Shown here piece by piece: positions 1-14,267 of a stretch of DNA of 64,000 nt. Where the stretch lies: positions 54,438,001 through 54,502,000 of the forward strand of contig NC_087436.1 in NCBI RefSeq assembly GCF_036321535.1, read 5' to 3'. The stretch's first letter is position 1, and each line of letters starts with the position of its first letter. A model generated the notes under the pieces. It was given only the letters and a program-made list of their open reading frames with translations. It was not told where the DNA came from and ran no database searches. Both the position numbers and the translations under genes were made by a program. The DNA is from Camelus dromedarius. Lineage: Eukaryota.

Positions 1-85
1 ACTTTGATGTACACCAGAAACTAACACAACGTTGTAAATCAACTATACTTCAATAAAATAAAATAAAATAAAATAAAATAAAATA
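1..85 (+). mobile_element. LINE-1 3' end with (TAAAA)n tail, cut by the window edge
   Basis: tgtacaccagaaactaacacaacgttgtaaatcaactatacttcaataaaa followed by TAAAA repeats; typical laurasiatherian L1 3' terminus. Confidence 0.85.
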
Positions 86-109
86 GGTAGGCTCAGATGC
101 ACATAAAAG

Positions 110-493
110 AAAACTCAAAATAACTATAGATGTCTCTCTCTCATGCAAAAGAGACAGGCAGTCTAGGGCTCATATAGGGGCTCCATGAAGTCACCAGGAA
201 CAGGGGCTTCAGCCACTTAGTGATCCTGGCCATGTAGTCTTTACCTTCCTAGTTCATGAGTGCTATTCCAGACATCACATCCAGTTCCATGTTTGGGGGT
301 AGGAGGGAAGGGTATCCCCTCTTCTTCTGAAGGAAATACTACCCAAATTTGCCCCCCAAAATTACTTTTGTAATTGGACAACAATTCCTTTTACTTGTTC
401 GTAGCCAGTTCTTAATAGATACATGGTTCCCTTAAGCTATAAGGGGCCCAGCTAAAAATTGGGATTTTAAAACCAATTAGCAGTCTCTGCCAC
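110..493. mobile_element. Old MLT1-type (ERVL-MaLR) LTR fragment
   Basis: MLT1-like motifs (agtctagggct..., gacatcacatcc..., terminal tctctgccaca); recognised by eye, boundaries approximate. Confidence 0.5.
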
Positions 494-1259
494 ACTGTCT
501 TTTGGAGAATACAGATATGCCCTCAAAAGTGTTAAAAACAACATTAAATCTGACTTTGTAAACTAGAAAATTGGTCAGGCTATTACAACTTAGTCATCAT
601 TTGTTTTTTCATGATTCAGTTGTGATAATAGCTGTAATTGGTTCTGCATCATCTGCTAAGAAAATGGTAGAGTTACTAAAAAAACAGTAAATGCCATGTC
701 ATACTACTCAACCTTGTAATACATCAAACCATTTTAGAATTCCTTTAAAGCATTTTTTCTGGGTAGGTAACAATCTTCAGTTGCAAAGAGCATTTTATGG
801 TTTATGAACTGAGAGTACTTGCCTATCCATTAGGAGTGTTGTTTTAAGACAATATTCATATTGACTAAAATGCTTTAGTAATTGACTTTCAAGAAAAAAA
901 ATTTACCTCATACTTTTAATTTTGGAAAAAGCATAGAAAACTACTAATCTAAATCTGTTAAGGATTGAAATTGAAGTAGCTTTCTAATTCAGGAAGTTGT
1001 TCACATGAGTCATTCTCTTTATTCAAAGTAGCACTGCCTGTTCTTGCCTTCTGATGAAACTACTCAGATATGAGAGAAATCATCAGAAAATTTAAAAATG
1101 CAGGTTTTTGTCTGTTCTCGTTGTAAGGGAAACAAGTCATTTCCCTTAGAATTTAAGAATCTTGTTGCAGTACAGCTAATGATTTAACTTTAATTAATTT
1201 AGCAAGGCATACATAGCCTTTAAAAATTTGTGGAAATCTTTGAGAATTCATCCTCCAGG

Positions 1260-1390
1260 GCCATCATTTTACACTGAGGTACTATGGTCTGGAAAGTTCA
1301 AGTGACTTGGCAAGGTCACATTACTGAGTTAGTGGCAGTGCTAACACCAGGACTAAGGTTTTACTGTCTTTTAATCTAGTGCATTCTATC
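1260..1390 (-). mobile_element. MIR SINE fragment
   Basis: MIR core aagtgacttggcaaggtcaca...ttagtggcag. Confidence 0.6.
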
Positions 1391-4300
1391 TCCCATTCCT
1401 TTTCTCCCTCCCTCCTGTGTTCTTTCCCTCCTCTGCTCCTTATATTTTATTAGCATTACCATTAAACTATTCGTGTATCATACCAGGTTCATATGTAAAA
1501 AGAAAATCAATATATTATGGAAAAAAATAATACAGCGAATAAGGTGCTTATAACATTGTTGGAAAAGTTGGTGGAGGGAACGCTAGGCTGGGAATCTAGA
1601 AGTAACTTGCCAAACACCATGGTACAATCTAGCAGGGGAGCCGAGGCTGTTGCCACACTTTTCACATGCTTAAAACTAGTAACTAGAATCTAGAATAGTG
1701 GTGGGTGAGCCACACTGCCACTTGACAAGCATAAAGCTACAGAGGGGACTTTGGAATATTGCAGCTGAAAAACCTATATATCAACTATGTCTGCCAAAGA
1801 TAATAGCCTCCCTTTCAGTATTTCTGTCATCCCACATACGTGCATTTAATTCTTGGGACCCACTGTGTATCCAGAACCTCAACTGTAAAGAAGTCCGATA
1901 AATGTTGTCTTTAAGCTTGCAATCTCTCTAGTGCAAAGGAGGCACCCCAGAAGAAGTGCTTAGGAGGAAACTGGCTTTATATGTAAAACATATACAAACA
2001 TAAACAAACACACCAACACACAGAGAAAAACAAAACAGAACAAAGAGGAAAATTCCTGCCATGGCTTCAGCTGGAGAGCCTTCCTTTATTTTGGGGGCAC
2101 TTAGGTAGATACCACTCCATGAGTAGTGCTGGGCAGCACATTCACGTGTGGAAATGTGGACTATGTTGCTCCAGAGTCCAGAGAGGCCTGCCGAGGGATG
2201 TGTCTCTTTCTTAATGATGGGGATTAGCTTAATGACTGGGATTATTACAGAGGTGGCTTTCTTTTCTTTTCTTTTTTAAACTTTCATTGACTGCATCAGC
2301 TCAGTGGAGCCCCAGAGCTTTCATAAAGGAAGCAGGCCTTGAATTTTTACCAAGTTGCTCCCAGGTTTGTAAATAAAATTAATTAATAAGATCATAGAAA
2401 CTTAGATTTTATAGACACCTTGGGACTATAGACTTAATGCTATCAGTATGTGACATTTGAGGTCAGAAGAGGTTGAGTGACTTTACCTTAGGTCATAATG
2501 GTTAGTTAGTGGCAGTGCTGAGGGTAAAACAAAATATTCTCTAATTTAATGCTTTCTATTGCACTCTGTTTCTACTACATGTATTACCATCATTAACATA
2601 TCAAGAATTTTGTGTTATGTAACCTTTGAATTACAAGATTTAGAACAAAATTTTTAGAAATATAAATGTTTCAAATGTGAGAATGAATAAATACCTTTTT
2701 TGGTTAATCTCTTTCAAAACTAGCAGTAATGTCATCAGTAGCAATGGAGTGCTTTGCAGTGTTAAGGCAGATTGTAAAAAGGACAGAATTGACCATTTAA
2801 AGTTAGGGAGAGTTGAGTGTTCCCTCATTCTGCAACTCTGGACATGATTAACAGATTGATTGCAGAGGATTTGGTACTGTCCCTTTCATTATACCATTCT
2901 GTTTTAAGTGTGAAAAACTCAGTTTGGGGTCTAGAAAATTATATGTAAAATAAATATACCCAACTAAAATATGACTATTGCTTTAGCATTTTGACCTGTT
3001 TTGACCAATTTGCTGCTATATTATATCAGCTTCCCCAAATAAGCAACTAGAGTCTTACTTTCCCATGTTCTAAATGTTGTGAATTACACTTCGAATTTTC
3101 AATATCCCTGTAGTAGTATGTTTCCTAAATACGTGCTTCTGCCCCTTCCCTTCTCTTTCTTCTCTTTTTTCATTATCATCAATTCTTTAAAAAAATTACG
3201 AATCTCTTTTATGTGAATGACCTATTACTCTCTAAAACTGGGGATGTGAAAAAGTAATGTACTCTTGCCGTCAGAGAACTTCAGACTGACTAGAGGGACA
3301 GGACTTACCTCAGCAAAGACTAGTTAACATAAAAAAATGGTATGAATAATAAGTATTAGAGAAGGTAAGAGAAGGGGGAGATCACTGGTGTGTGGCTAAG
3401 TCAACTGATAGACACTTTAGAGAGAAATATCTATTATAGACTAGACTAGAAGGATTTAATCAGAATATCTTGCAGTTTGCATAAATTGTGCTAAATCCTT
3501 GGGGCCAGTGTTAGATCCTGATGGACATTTTGAGTGCATTTATGATAAACTATTTGACATTCTTAATTTATGATGAAATAAAAAAACTTTTCAAGTAAAT
3601 TTAAATCTAAAACCCAAAATGAGCAATTTCATTCAGATGGTATAAAACAATTACAAAAATATATGCTTAAAATATGTGTGTATATGTATTACAAAATGTC
3701 AGAAATGTTTTATACACTACAGTCAAAAGATAAGATGTGATAGAAAAATCAAGTATGTTTCTGCACTTTAATTCTTTTCATATTTAGTTATGGGACCCTA
3801 CCAATGTGGAAAGGAAAACAATATAAAGCTTCATATTCTTTAATTTAATCCTGGTAGAAAATATAACTTAACCCAGAGGCTACAAGCCTCAGTTGACAGT
3901 TTAATGAAGACTCTTGAATGAATGGGAGACTCTTCTGTGCTTTAAGACAAGCCCTGAGCAAGTTATTTCATCTGTTTAGACAAAGAGAAGATTCGTAAAT
4001 ATTTATATATCAGTTACCAAAACATTTAAGTTAAATACATGTTTATTTTTTATCTAGTTACCATAAATTTGAATTTTTCTTTAAGTCTATTGGCTATTAA
4101 GGCCAAAGGATCTTTCTAGTAATATTGAATCAATTATTTTTAAATTCCCAAGGGCTGTTGACTTGTGATTGTGAAATTATCATGTTCATTATAGAAGACT
4201 ACATGTTAAAATGTTTGTGTGAAATTCCTGCCTTTTCACTTAAAATTGTAAATTCAGTTGTTCACTGGAAGCTGATTTTATCTACCACACTTATATCAAT

Positions 4301-4465
4301 GGTGAGGTCACTTACATCTTTTCCTATAACTTTCCTGTAAGTTTGCTTTTTAGATAGAATGCATCAGGGTTTTTTTCCCCTACAGTCTTGCTTACAATAA
4401 ACCTAATGACTCTAATTCGCTCATTTCTGGAAAACATCACCTGTTTGAGTTTTTTTTTTCTTCAG

Positions 4466-4537
4466 ATGTTAAGATGCATTGCACACAGTACAGATTGTTG
4501 CTCAGGTTCAGGTTCAGAAACTGCTGCAAATAGAGAG
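4466..4537 (+). other. Candidate 72-nt internal exon of an unidentified + strand transcript
   Basis: Long T tract + ttcag acceptor, GAG|gtaact donor, length divisible by 3; phase-0 translation MLRCIAHSTDCCSGSGSETAANRE not recognised. Confidence 0.2.
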
Positions 4538-4994
4538 GTAACTAAGGAAGTTCAAAAAGGCATTGATTTCCTGGATTTAAACACCAGCACACAGAATCCA
4601 GTAATAAGATGCCTCCCCCACTCCCACCAATGGATTTTAATATGAATTTTACAGTCTTTTAGTGTCTTACACATACTGTTATCACTGTGCTTTCCTATGA
4701 CTAGAGAAGATAACTCTTCTTGCTCCAGACGGTTCAAATGCATACTGACCTTCAGATAAACTCAGTTATGTTCTCCAGAGATCCACCCCTAAAATTCCTT
4801 TCCTTTGGCTCTATATATCTTATACCCCTCTTCAAACTTTCATTCAAATATTACCTTATGTCATAGCTATGTGTAGACTATTTTATATTGCTTATTCCTC
4901 TTACTATATTGCAAAGTTCTTGCTTGTTAAAACCTTAATTTTTCTATCCTCTAGCAGTCCTAAAACTGATGTAGAGAGGAGACTTGAGAATTGC

Positions 4995-5125
4995 TAGTTT
5001 GCAAGTAATTGAACTCCTTTGAGACTCAGTTTCTTACTCTGTAAAATAGAAATGACAACAGTCTACTGCATAAAATTTTTTGTGGTAATTAAAATAATTA
5101 AAAGTGCCTTACAGCGCCTGGCAGG
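4995..5125 (+). mobile_element. MIR SINE fragment, followed by a (CAG/TAG/TGG)n low-complexity run to about 5195
   Basis: gcaagtaattgaactcctttgagactcagtttcttactctgtaaaatag matches the MIR core. Confidence 0.6.
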
Positions 5126-5220
5126 TAGCTACAGCAGCAGCAGCAGCAGAAGTAGTGGTGGTGATAATAGTAGTGGTAGTGGCGGCAATAGCTGCTAGGT
5201 AGAGGTTTTCCTTTCTTTTC

Positions 5221-5444
5221 TTTTTTTAAATTTTTTTTATTGAGTATAGTCATTTTACAATGTTGTGTCAAATTCCAGTGTAGAGCACAATTTTTCAGTT
5301 ATACACGAACAGATATATATTCATTGTCACATTTTTTTCCATTGTGAGCTACCATAAGATCTTGTATATATTTCCCTGTGCTATACAATATAATCCTGTT
5401 TATCTATTCTACATTTTGAAATCCCAGTCTGTCCCTTCCCGCCC
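5221..5444 (-). mobile_element. 5'-truncated young L1 3' end, same family as the full-length L1
   Basis: High similarity to 39985-40190 (tcattttacaatgttgtgtcaaattcc...ttttgaaatcccagtct); poly-T on + strand. Confidence 0.85.
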
Positions 5445-8400
5445 GAAGTTTTCTTTTTTAATGTTATAAAAAGACTCTCTCACGTTTTTTGTTGTTTAAA
5501 AACATTTGTACTTTAACGTTGGGATGCACTGGTAACATATAGTTCAAAATGAACAGTGTTATTGATAAATAAGTACGATGCTTGTGTACCTAAGTTTGTA
5601 AGTGTAGAATCAGTCCCATTACTTTTCAGCTACATTTCCTATCTGATTATGGTGTGAACTAGAGGAGCAAGTTAAGTGAGATGGTATAAAACACTTGCCT
5701 TTGATCTTCTTTTGTCTCAAGCCCATTTTCAGAGAAGCTGAATATAAGAGCTTTGGGGTGTGGTATCTATTGTTTGGTCTTATTACAGTCATTAACTGCA
5801 GTCAAGGTGCCTTTCAGGAAGAAAGGATGATAGATAGGTGGCATTCTCAGGATCACATTCACTGTCATGGAGAACAAAAGTCAGGGAGGCGGGAGGTAGC
5901 AGAAGACAGAGTGCAGTGGGATACAGGTGCACCTTTTCCAGAGAAGAACAAGATGAATGTTCTCATTGTCACTGCTCCCTGCATTTCCTTAGTCATTAGC
6001 GTGACAGGTTCTGTAATTGATGACATGACATGGGACCTGTTGTGAGGCTTCCTTCTCCTCCTTTGAAACTACTCCTGTGTCCTTTAAATAGTATATGGTT
6101 ATCTAATATGTCAGTGCATCTGCCTTCATATCTCAATCTAAGCTATCTTGGTAATGACAGAAAATCACACCACTTGTAACAAGGGAAGATGATATTAAAG
6201 TTTCATTGCTGTGTTAACTGCAATTCCCAGCAGTGGTTTCTTATGTAATAATAAGCAAGTTCAAGAATAAATTTATCAGAGTGAGAGAGAAGCATAATGT
6301 GAGCTCTCAATCTGCCATAGAAGAACACTTTGTCGTCTAAAGCTCATTGTTTTACTGACATGCTTTCTCTAGTGCACTGTTCAGATAAAGAGTTTCAAAG
6401 TTCTGTTTCAAGAAATACTACATTATATAGATCATCTGAATGAACTGTTTAAATAATTGAGCAAAACAGCTGAATGTGCAAATCATGACTAAACACTAAT
6501 TCTTTCTTAACAATTGTTTGAAAATTATTGAATCTTTCAGAAACTGCTAGAAAATATATTTTATTTTAATTCTATATTTAGGCTTATTTTATAATTACTT
6601 ATTAATTAATTAATATTGTCCATCTGGAAATTGTTTTAGAAAAATCACTGTAGGAAACCTATAGTGTAGAGGTGAAACATGTAACATTATAATAAAAACA
6701 AGTTAAATTTTTAAAAAGTGAATTCTTCAGATTAGGACTTTATTACTCATTAAAAATGTTATCAACAATTTAATTAAATTTGTTTTCCTTGGATAGGGTT
6801 TTTTTAAATTGTTATAAAGGATATCTTTTCCCCTTTAAGTTTTTAGTAATATACTGGTAATAAAAAATGTACTTTTCTATAATTATCTATAATGAGAAGC
6901 CCTCCACATGTTGGGAATAAATTGAATTTTTGTATATTACTGCACATGTAGAGTTGCTTTACTATAACTCTTTTAATATGTATGACCTCATTAGCATTAT
7001 AATGACTTAAGCTTCCAAAGGAAAAATTACAATGAGAATTAAATAGAGCATCAGTGATGATTCAAGTCAAAACTACATTTTATCAGTATATTTCTGATTT
7101 CCTTGCTGTTTCTCAAACTGTACTCCCATGTCTGATTCTACAAGATGATGTCTTTATTAGAAGCATTATTAGTCACCTCCTTCCTAGCTGTACCTAACTT
7201 TCAGTACTCTACACATGTGCCCGCAACCTGTGCATCCTGGTGACCTTTAGGAGTTCATGAACCAGTGTCCAATAGGATATATAGGTTTTGTTGACTAGTC
7301 AGGTCGGGGTTTGAGAAGTATTTTCTTAACTAAAAATCCACTTAGGTATCCTTCGAAATGTCTGGGAAGATCCTTAAAATACATTTATCTAGTCTCTTCT
7401 TTATTTGCCAAATATACACTTTCTTCCCTTTGTTTCTGAAACAAGACTTCCTCCTGGTTTTCTTTCACCTCTCTGGTCATGCTTTCTGTCTTCCATGATG
7501 CCTCCCTTCTCTACCTGCTGCTTATAACTTTTCACAATCCCCTTTTATTATGAGGATTGGGTGTATGTTTCTCGTCCTCTACTGAAATCTGCTCCTGAAA
7601 GACCTGCGGATACGGCCAACGCTCTCTCAGAGAGCTTCTTACTATCTTTTACCTGGATTATTTCAACAGGCTCCTACTTCTGTTACCAACCTTTCCATCT
7701 GATAGTTACTGTTATCTTCCTAAGGCATCAATCTGTTCATTTCACCCTCTTATTAAATCACTTTTCTGTCTCTCCATTTCCAACATAGTGAAGTCTAAAT
7801 TCCTTAGCACAGCCATCAGAATGTTTCACAGTCTGGTCACTGTCTATCTTTCTAGCATCTTTTCCTGACAATTTCTTGGACTGCTGCCTACTCCTAGAAT
7901 ATGGCACATATCTGTGTGTGTTTCTTCCTTTACTTTGGCTTTGATTGCTGCCTTGAATGCCTTACCCACTTTTTCCTCCCAACACCCTTTTCCTTATTCT
8001 TATTTTTTACATGAATCTTGACTCATACTATGTATAAACTTTTGCAGCTAGTTCTTTTGACTTAATTTTTTTGAGGTGTATCCTTGTCAAAACATGTAGA
8101 TTTTGTTTATTTTAGTTGTCGATAACATTCTGTTGTATGAATAATCCACTGTTTTCTATTCTTTTAGTGAGGGACAAATAGGTCGTGTTTACTTTTTTCT
8201 CCTTGGCATAAAAAAAAAAAACTACAGAGAACAATCTTGCCATTGTATCTTTGAGCATATGTGCACAATTCATTAAGTAATTAATGAATTAGTTTCAAAT
8301 GGCTAATCTGGAGACCTGTGGAGAGTAATGAGAGACTAGAGAAATGTAGACACCTATCATCATTTTCCAGATTTTCTTTACTTGAAATGTCCTTGTGTGA

Positions 8401-9104
8401 AGGATGATAGTGTCAAAATTCCCATGTTATGCTTGGTTTGGCATGTACTTATATGAAGCAAATCAGTGTAAGGAATGGAAAGTTTGAAAAAAAATCTGTT
8501 CCTCCAAGTTTTTTTCTGTACCATGTCAAAATGTGATACCATTTTACCTAATAAGGCTTTCTCATTAACATACCTTAACTGCAGGTGCAGATATAAAATT
8601 TTGAAAGTTAATCTATACTGTATTGCTTTCTTTGTTCTAAATTAAGGAAACAGATTAGTGCTTAGAGAGTCATTTATTCCTAATAAACCTAATTGTTTTT
8701 TACACTGAAGTCTTAACTATATACTTGCTTGATAATTGCATTAGACCATACTGTTTCAAATGCCACAAAATACCAAAAAGTAAGCAACTGCATCTATTCT
8801 TAAAATATTATACCATTTATCCATTTATATTTGTTTAGCCTTAGAAATGTTTCTTAAATTACTTTCATAATTGAAATACTTCCATATAAACTGAAGCACT
8901 GTTGCATATTATAATGGTCTTTTCATTTTGCTTTGTATAAGAATTGCCTGGGGAGTATATATTTTTAGTTTCTACTATGGAAGATCCTTTGGGGGTGTAT
9001 ATTTTGAATATTAACTCCACGTTCTTCCTGTCCTTACAACTACCACCACTCCAGTTGTGCTGTGGAAGCTGACATCTTCAGAAGCACAGGTTGAGGCAAA
9101 AGAT

Positions 9105-9215
9105 GGGATGTTGATTGTCATGGTGATGGTGACATTGATAGTGATAACAGTGGTGGTAACAGTTATGGTGGTGGCAGTGTTGGAGGTGGTGTTTGTGGTG
9201 GTGGTGGTGATGGAA
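9105..9215. repeat. Degenerate (GTG/ATG)n trinucleotide low-complexity repeat
   Basis: tggtgatggtgacattgatagtgataacagtggtggt...; explains the Val-, Thr- and His-rich ORFs on both strands. Confidence 0.8.
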
Positions 9216-9819
9216 TGGAGCTGGCATAATTCAGCCAAGCTGAATCCAAGCTTTAATTCTTACTATCCTTAAGGTTTCTCATGTATAAACCAATGATAAT
9301 AATTTACATAACTCATAAGGTTTAGCATAATACCCAGCCTTGTAATAAATACATAATAAGTGCCAACCATTATATATGCCTGAAGTGGCTTTGTTTCTTT
9401 TCTGATTTTGTAAACAACATTTTGAGGGTGGATTTTTTTTTTTTTATGGAAGAGCAGAAATATATCTAAAACTCTAGATCTTTGAGTTTCATAAACCAAA
9501 GCCAAAGAGTATTTGGGTATCCTATTAACTTCATTTCTGTAAATATTACTTAGTGACACTTTAACATCAGAAAACTTAAAAGGCATTTCTGAAGGAAGTA
9601 TTGTTTAAGTATCTCTTCTCTGTCCTGAATGGGAATCAGTAAAAGGGTCACATGTCAACAGAGCATGTTCTGGAGACTAAATTTCACTTTTTTTTTTTTT
9701 TGCCAATCAGTGAATATCTCATTCTCTCATAGGAGGTAACTGAAGTGAAAAACTACAAAAGCTTCGCATCAGAAACACATACATGCACACTCTTGAGAAC
9801 TCCAGAGTACCTCACAGGG

Positions 9820-10156
9820 GGATGCTGTATGTTTTCACTTATATGTGGAATCTAAAAAATAAAACAAATGAACAAATGTAACAAAACATAAACAGACTCA
9901 CAGATACAGAGAATACACTGGTAGTTGTCACAGGGGAGAGGCGAGGAGCAAAATGGGTGAGGGGGATTAAATGGTACATCTACTAGTTATAAAATAAATA
10001 AGATACAAGGATCTCATCCTTGTATACCACAGGAAATATAGTCAATATTTAAAATAGCTTTATATGAAATATGATCTATAAAATGTCAAACCACTCTGTT
10101 GTACAGTTGAAACTAATATAATATTGTAAGTCAACTATACCTCAATTGAAAAAAAA
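9820..10156 (+). mobile_element. L1 3' end (older laurasiatherian subfamily)
   Basis: cacttatatgtggaatctaaaaa...gtaagtcaactatacctcaattgaaaaaaa: end of ORF2, 3'UTR and A tail. Confidence 0.8.
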
Positions 10157-10414
10157 GTGCCATGCCCAAGATATATCAAATCTATACCTCTAACTACAGC
10201 TCAAGAACCTTACTTTTAAAATAGCATCTGTTGACTTTGATATGAGTGGTCAATTGGCCATACTTCTGAGAAATACAGGGAAGTAGAGAAAGAATTCTGG
10301 AACTGTAACATTTATGAGTAACTTAACCTTTGTGAATTTCTTCATCTGTAAAATTAAAAAAAAAATATGAAGTGCCTGGCACATGTTAGATTGTCATTAA
10401 TTTCATTCTCCTTG

Positions 10415-10660
10415 TGGAAGGCAATGTGCTTTGTGGTTAAAAGCATGAGCTTTAGAATCAGACAGACTTCAAGCTTAAATCCTGGTTATCTACTGCTTGG
10501 CTGAGTGACTTTAAATAATACTTAAGCCTTCTAAGTGCAGGTTTTTTGTTTATGAAATGGGAACAATAATTGTAGTGACATTTTAAGGGTTTTATGACAA
10601 TTAAATAAAGGATGAAGAAGAGTTGCAAAAATGACTGCTATATGGTAATGGTTAGTAAAT
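10415..10660 (+). mobile_element. MIR SINE
   Basis: gtggttaaaagcatgagctttagaatcagacagac...aaatcctgg... head and core. Confidence 0.65.
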
Positions 10661-13299
10661 CATATGCCTAATAATAAAAATTATTATTTCCCTTTTCCTA
10701 TCTGAATATACTAAGCCATATGTATACTTCCTACTGTCACATCAAGTATACTCACAGATATAAATAAGTTTATTCAATTCATGATATGCTATTTTAGTAA
10801 GAACATTGGGACATTTTACATGGAGGATGCATTATGTAATCAACAATTTAAGCTAATAACATGATGTTTTGACTATTAACCATGGAATTAGTGGCAAACT
10901 TTAAGGGTTTGCCATATTTCAAGGGTTCTCTTACCATTTTAGTTTTGTCTTTTTTGGCTGCTGTTTGGAATAACATCAAATGATACATTCCAGGAATCAG
11001 CAGGTCTACAGGGAAGAAGACTGACACTACTCATATTTAATGAATAGCTTCCAGAAAAGGGCTAATAATACAGAAATATTGACAAAGACTTGTGGGTTTT
11101 TAATGATGATTATTTTCAGTATTAGAGCTAATGACATCCTAAGTTTTTCAATATATATTTTTTCCTGGAATTTTTAATTTAGCTATAAAAAGTTCTGGTT
11201 GTAAAAAAAAAAAAGGTCCTATACAAAAAAGTTTACCTTTTATCTCATAAAATGTAATATTTAAAATTGTGACACCATTGTTCGCTGTTCCGTCTTACTA
11301 AAAATTTTTATGCGACATTGAATTAATGATTTAAGATACAAAATTTTAAATTCATTTTTTGATACCTCTAATTATTTGTCTTTTTAAACCTTGTTTACTT
11401 CTATTAATTTTCTTTTACTTTCTCCTGTATACTATTTCATATTTTCAAGCCTGGGTTTATATTTCCAGCATGAGCTCTTAGTTTAATAATAATGATGAGG
11501 ATAATAATGGGTGACATGTACTGAGTATTAAATATGTTGACTTTACCTACTTTATCTCAGTTTATAATCCTGATAGACTGTGAGATAGATACATTTATGT
11601 TCCCATTTGGTGTGATTCAGAATGACAGAAAATTTATACAAATGCATTCTAGAAAATGACCATGTGAAAAATTAGTAAACTATAACAGATTCATTTTCCT
11701 GAAGACCTGCACATTAGTTTGTCTGGTATTTCAAAGTCTAAATACCATTCCACTAAAAAACAAAGTAACAATTCACAATTTAAAAGTTAAATCATTTTTG
11801 AACTTATAAAAAATTTTTACTTGTAACTTTGTGAAGGATTCTTAATCAGTGATCTAAGAATTTTTAAAAGCCCATGAAATTAAATGTGAAATATTGTATG
11901 TTTGAATTTGTATTTAGCTTTCATCAGGCTCTAAAATAAAGCCAATGAGCTCAAAATTGTTAAATGCCATTAAAGTAGATTGAATTATATTTTAAATTAA
12001 AAAGTAGTAAAATTGTGTTCCCCAGAGTAGATATTTTGCAAAATGAAAATGAAGAAAATCATCATGTTCAAAATTATTATTTTATCATTATTTGTTATTA
12101 CTATTACTTGTCCTATAAGTTTGATTTTCATTCACTTCCAACTTTGTGATAATTTAAAATCTATTTTTTCTGTTATTCTTTGTTATTTAATTTACTTTCT
12201 CCTCTGATATACTGATTTTTCAAGTTATATTTAGATGTTTGAATGTGAGATAGCTATTTCTTTATTCCTAGCTAATTATTTTCTTCATTTAAAAAAAATA
12301 GTTACTTTCTAATAAAAACTAGGCTGTGGAACTGTGGAAACCAAGTAGTAACACCTGTTTGCTAAGGAATGTTCAACAATTAGAGAAGGCCTTAGAACAG
12401 GACTGTTGAGAACACTGCTCTTTGAAGCATAATGTGAAGACCCATGCTGGTGGGTGAACTCTTTATTACCAGTCCATGACCAGATGGGAATGGATATTGA
12501 GAGCAATTATTTAGAAACTTTAATAGCAATTAGGCATTGCTTTCAAATGGTTTTTCTTTCTGTTAATTCACTTTATTGTTCTTTTCTAGGAATTTTGGTC
12601 TGCAGTGTGGACTGTAAATTTTAAAACATGAGTCTTCAACCACAGATAGTTTGAGAATCAGTGGTGTGGACTTAGTGGCTTAGAAGTTTCATTTGTTCTG
12701 TTGATTAACTGCTATGGAGCATTTTACGGACAAGTAGAGAGACTTTTGACGTGGAAGTCATAGTTGGTGCTTTGAGAATGAATGGGAATATGGGAGAAGA
12801 AAAGGAGAACTGAGAGTTCAGTCTTAGCATGCAAGTCTTACAAGTCCATTCGAATATAGATGGGCGAGATTAGAAGGTCAGCTGCAAAACTTAGGAATGT
12901 AATAGAATTATTAAAACATTCTTTACATATTTTTATTATAGCTAAAGTATTAGGTAAATATTATATTAACGTATATTAATGGAATGCTGAAGAGAGAAGT
13001 AATTGAAGTAATTATTAAGATGATGGGATAGTGATCAAAGTAATAAATTTAGGGGAAGGTCCCCAGGTGAGAATGTAATGGAAGTTACAAGAGGCACTAC
13101 AGCCAATCAAGAAAGAGAATATATAAAGATGATGGAAAAATGAGGTTAAAATGCTTAAATTACTCCAGGAGAAATAATAATTTCCTGAGAAAAAGTAGGT
13201 TTAACCAGCGCATCTGGAAGTAGAGGCTGCTGTTTTCATGACAGCAGTGCTTTAGATGGTATGGAAATGAAGAAGAATTGCCACATATCCTTTCACACT

Positions 13300-13847
13300 T
13301 CCTTCAGGTTATAGGGGGTGTGCATCTGCCTGGATACTCTTTCCAATTTAGGTGGGCTTCCAAATTGTTTATAGCCACCAGACTATAGCAGAAATTACAG
13401 TGCATGAGTTCAGAGGTCAGGTCTTCAAAGGTGATGCAGCTTTTACTTTTTCCTCTGGAATGTTTGTGTTTGGAGTCCAAAGATCCCATACAAGCAGTCT
13501 GACTACCTTGAGATGAGCATTCTGGGAGGAAGTGAAGACACATGGAAGGGGTGTGTGTGTGTGTGTGTGTATGTACGCGTGCACACACACACACTCTCCA
13601 GTCCACAGTCCTAGTCTTTGAGTTATTCCTTCCCAGGCACTAGATATGTGAGTGAACGAGACTTGGATGATTCCAGCCTCTAGCTGACAAATGAGCCTCA
13701 GCTTCAAATTTTCCTAGTTGAGATGTAATAGAGACAGATCCTACCTTACCCAAGTTTTGGATCCATAGCACCCAGGGGTTTAATAAATGGTTTTTTAAGT
13801 CACTACGTTTTGGGTTAATTTGTTACATAGTGTTAGAAACTGGAACA
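13300..13847 (+). mobile_element. MLT1-type LTR containing a (GT)n/(CA)n microsatellite
   Basis: gttcagaggtcaggtcttcaaagg and 3' end aataaatgg...aagtcactacgttttgggttaatttgttac...actggaaca. Confidence 0.7.
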
Positions 13848-13917
13848 GATGTTGATTTACATGTGTTGATTTTTGAGCTAACGTTATAGCGAGTTTTAGA
13901 GATAGTACTTGTAACTG

Positions 13918-13977
13918 ATATATATATATGTGTGTGTGTGTGTATATATATGTATAAGTTGTGTGTATATATATATA
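13918..13977. repeat. (TA)/(TG) compound microsatellite
   Basis: Directly visible dinucleotide runs. Confidence 0.85.
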
Positions 13978-14267
13978 ATTTAAAACAAAACCAGGTAGAG
14001 AATACTATGGAATAAATCCCTATTGTTTTATAGAGAGCATTTTAGCATAGTGTTTTTACATGAGCACTTAATACATTAGATTTTGATTTTATTTATGTAT
14101 TTAGTTTAGGATTCATTCACAACTCATATTTATCAGCTCTTGAGAAATATCTACCTTAGGTGGATAAGACTGTCTTAGAATGACAAGAAAACCATGCCTA
14201 CTATTTCAAATCCTTAAAATTTTCCTACTTTAAGTCCTGCACATCTTGAATCTTCTTCCCTGTACTT

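Noticed and set aside
5695..6045. 116-aa ORF
   Set aside because: TTG start, no recognisable domain and no supporting exon structure.
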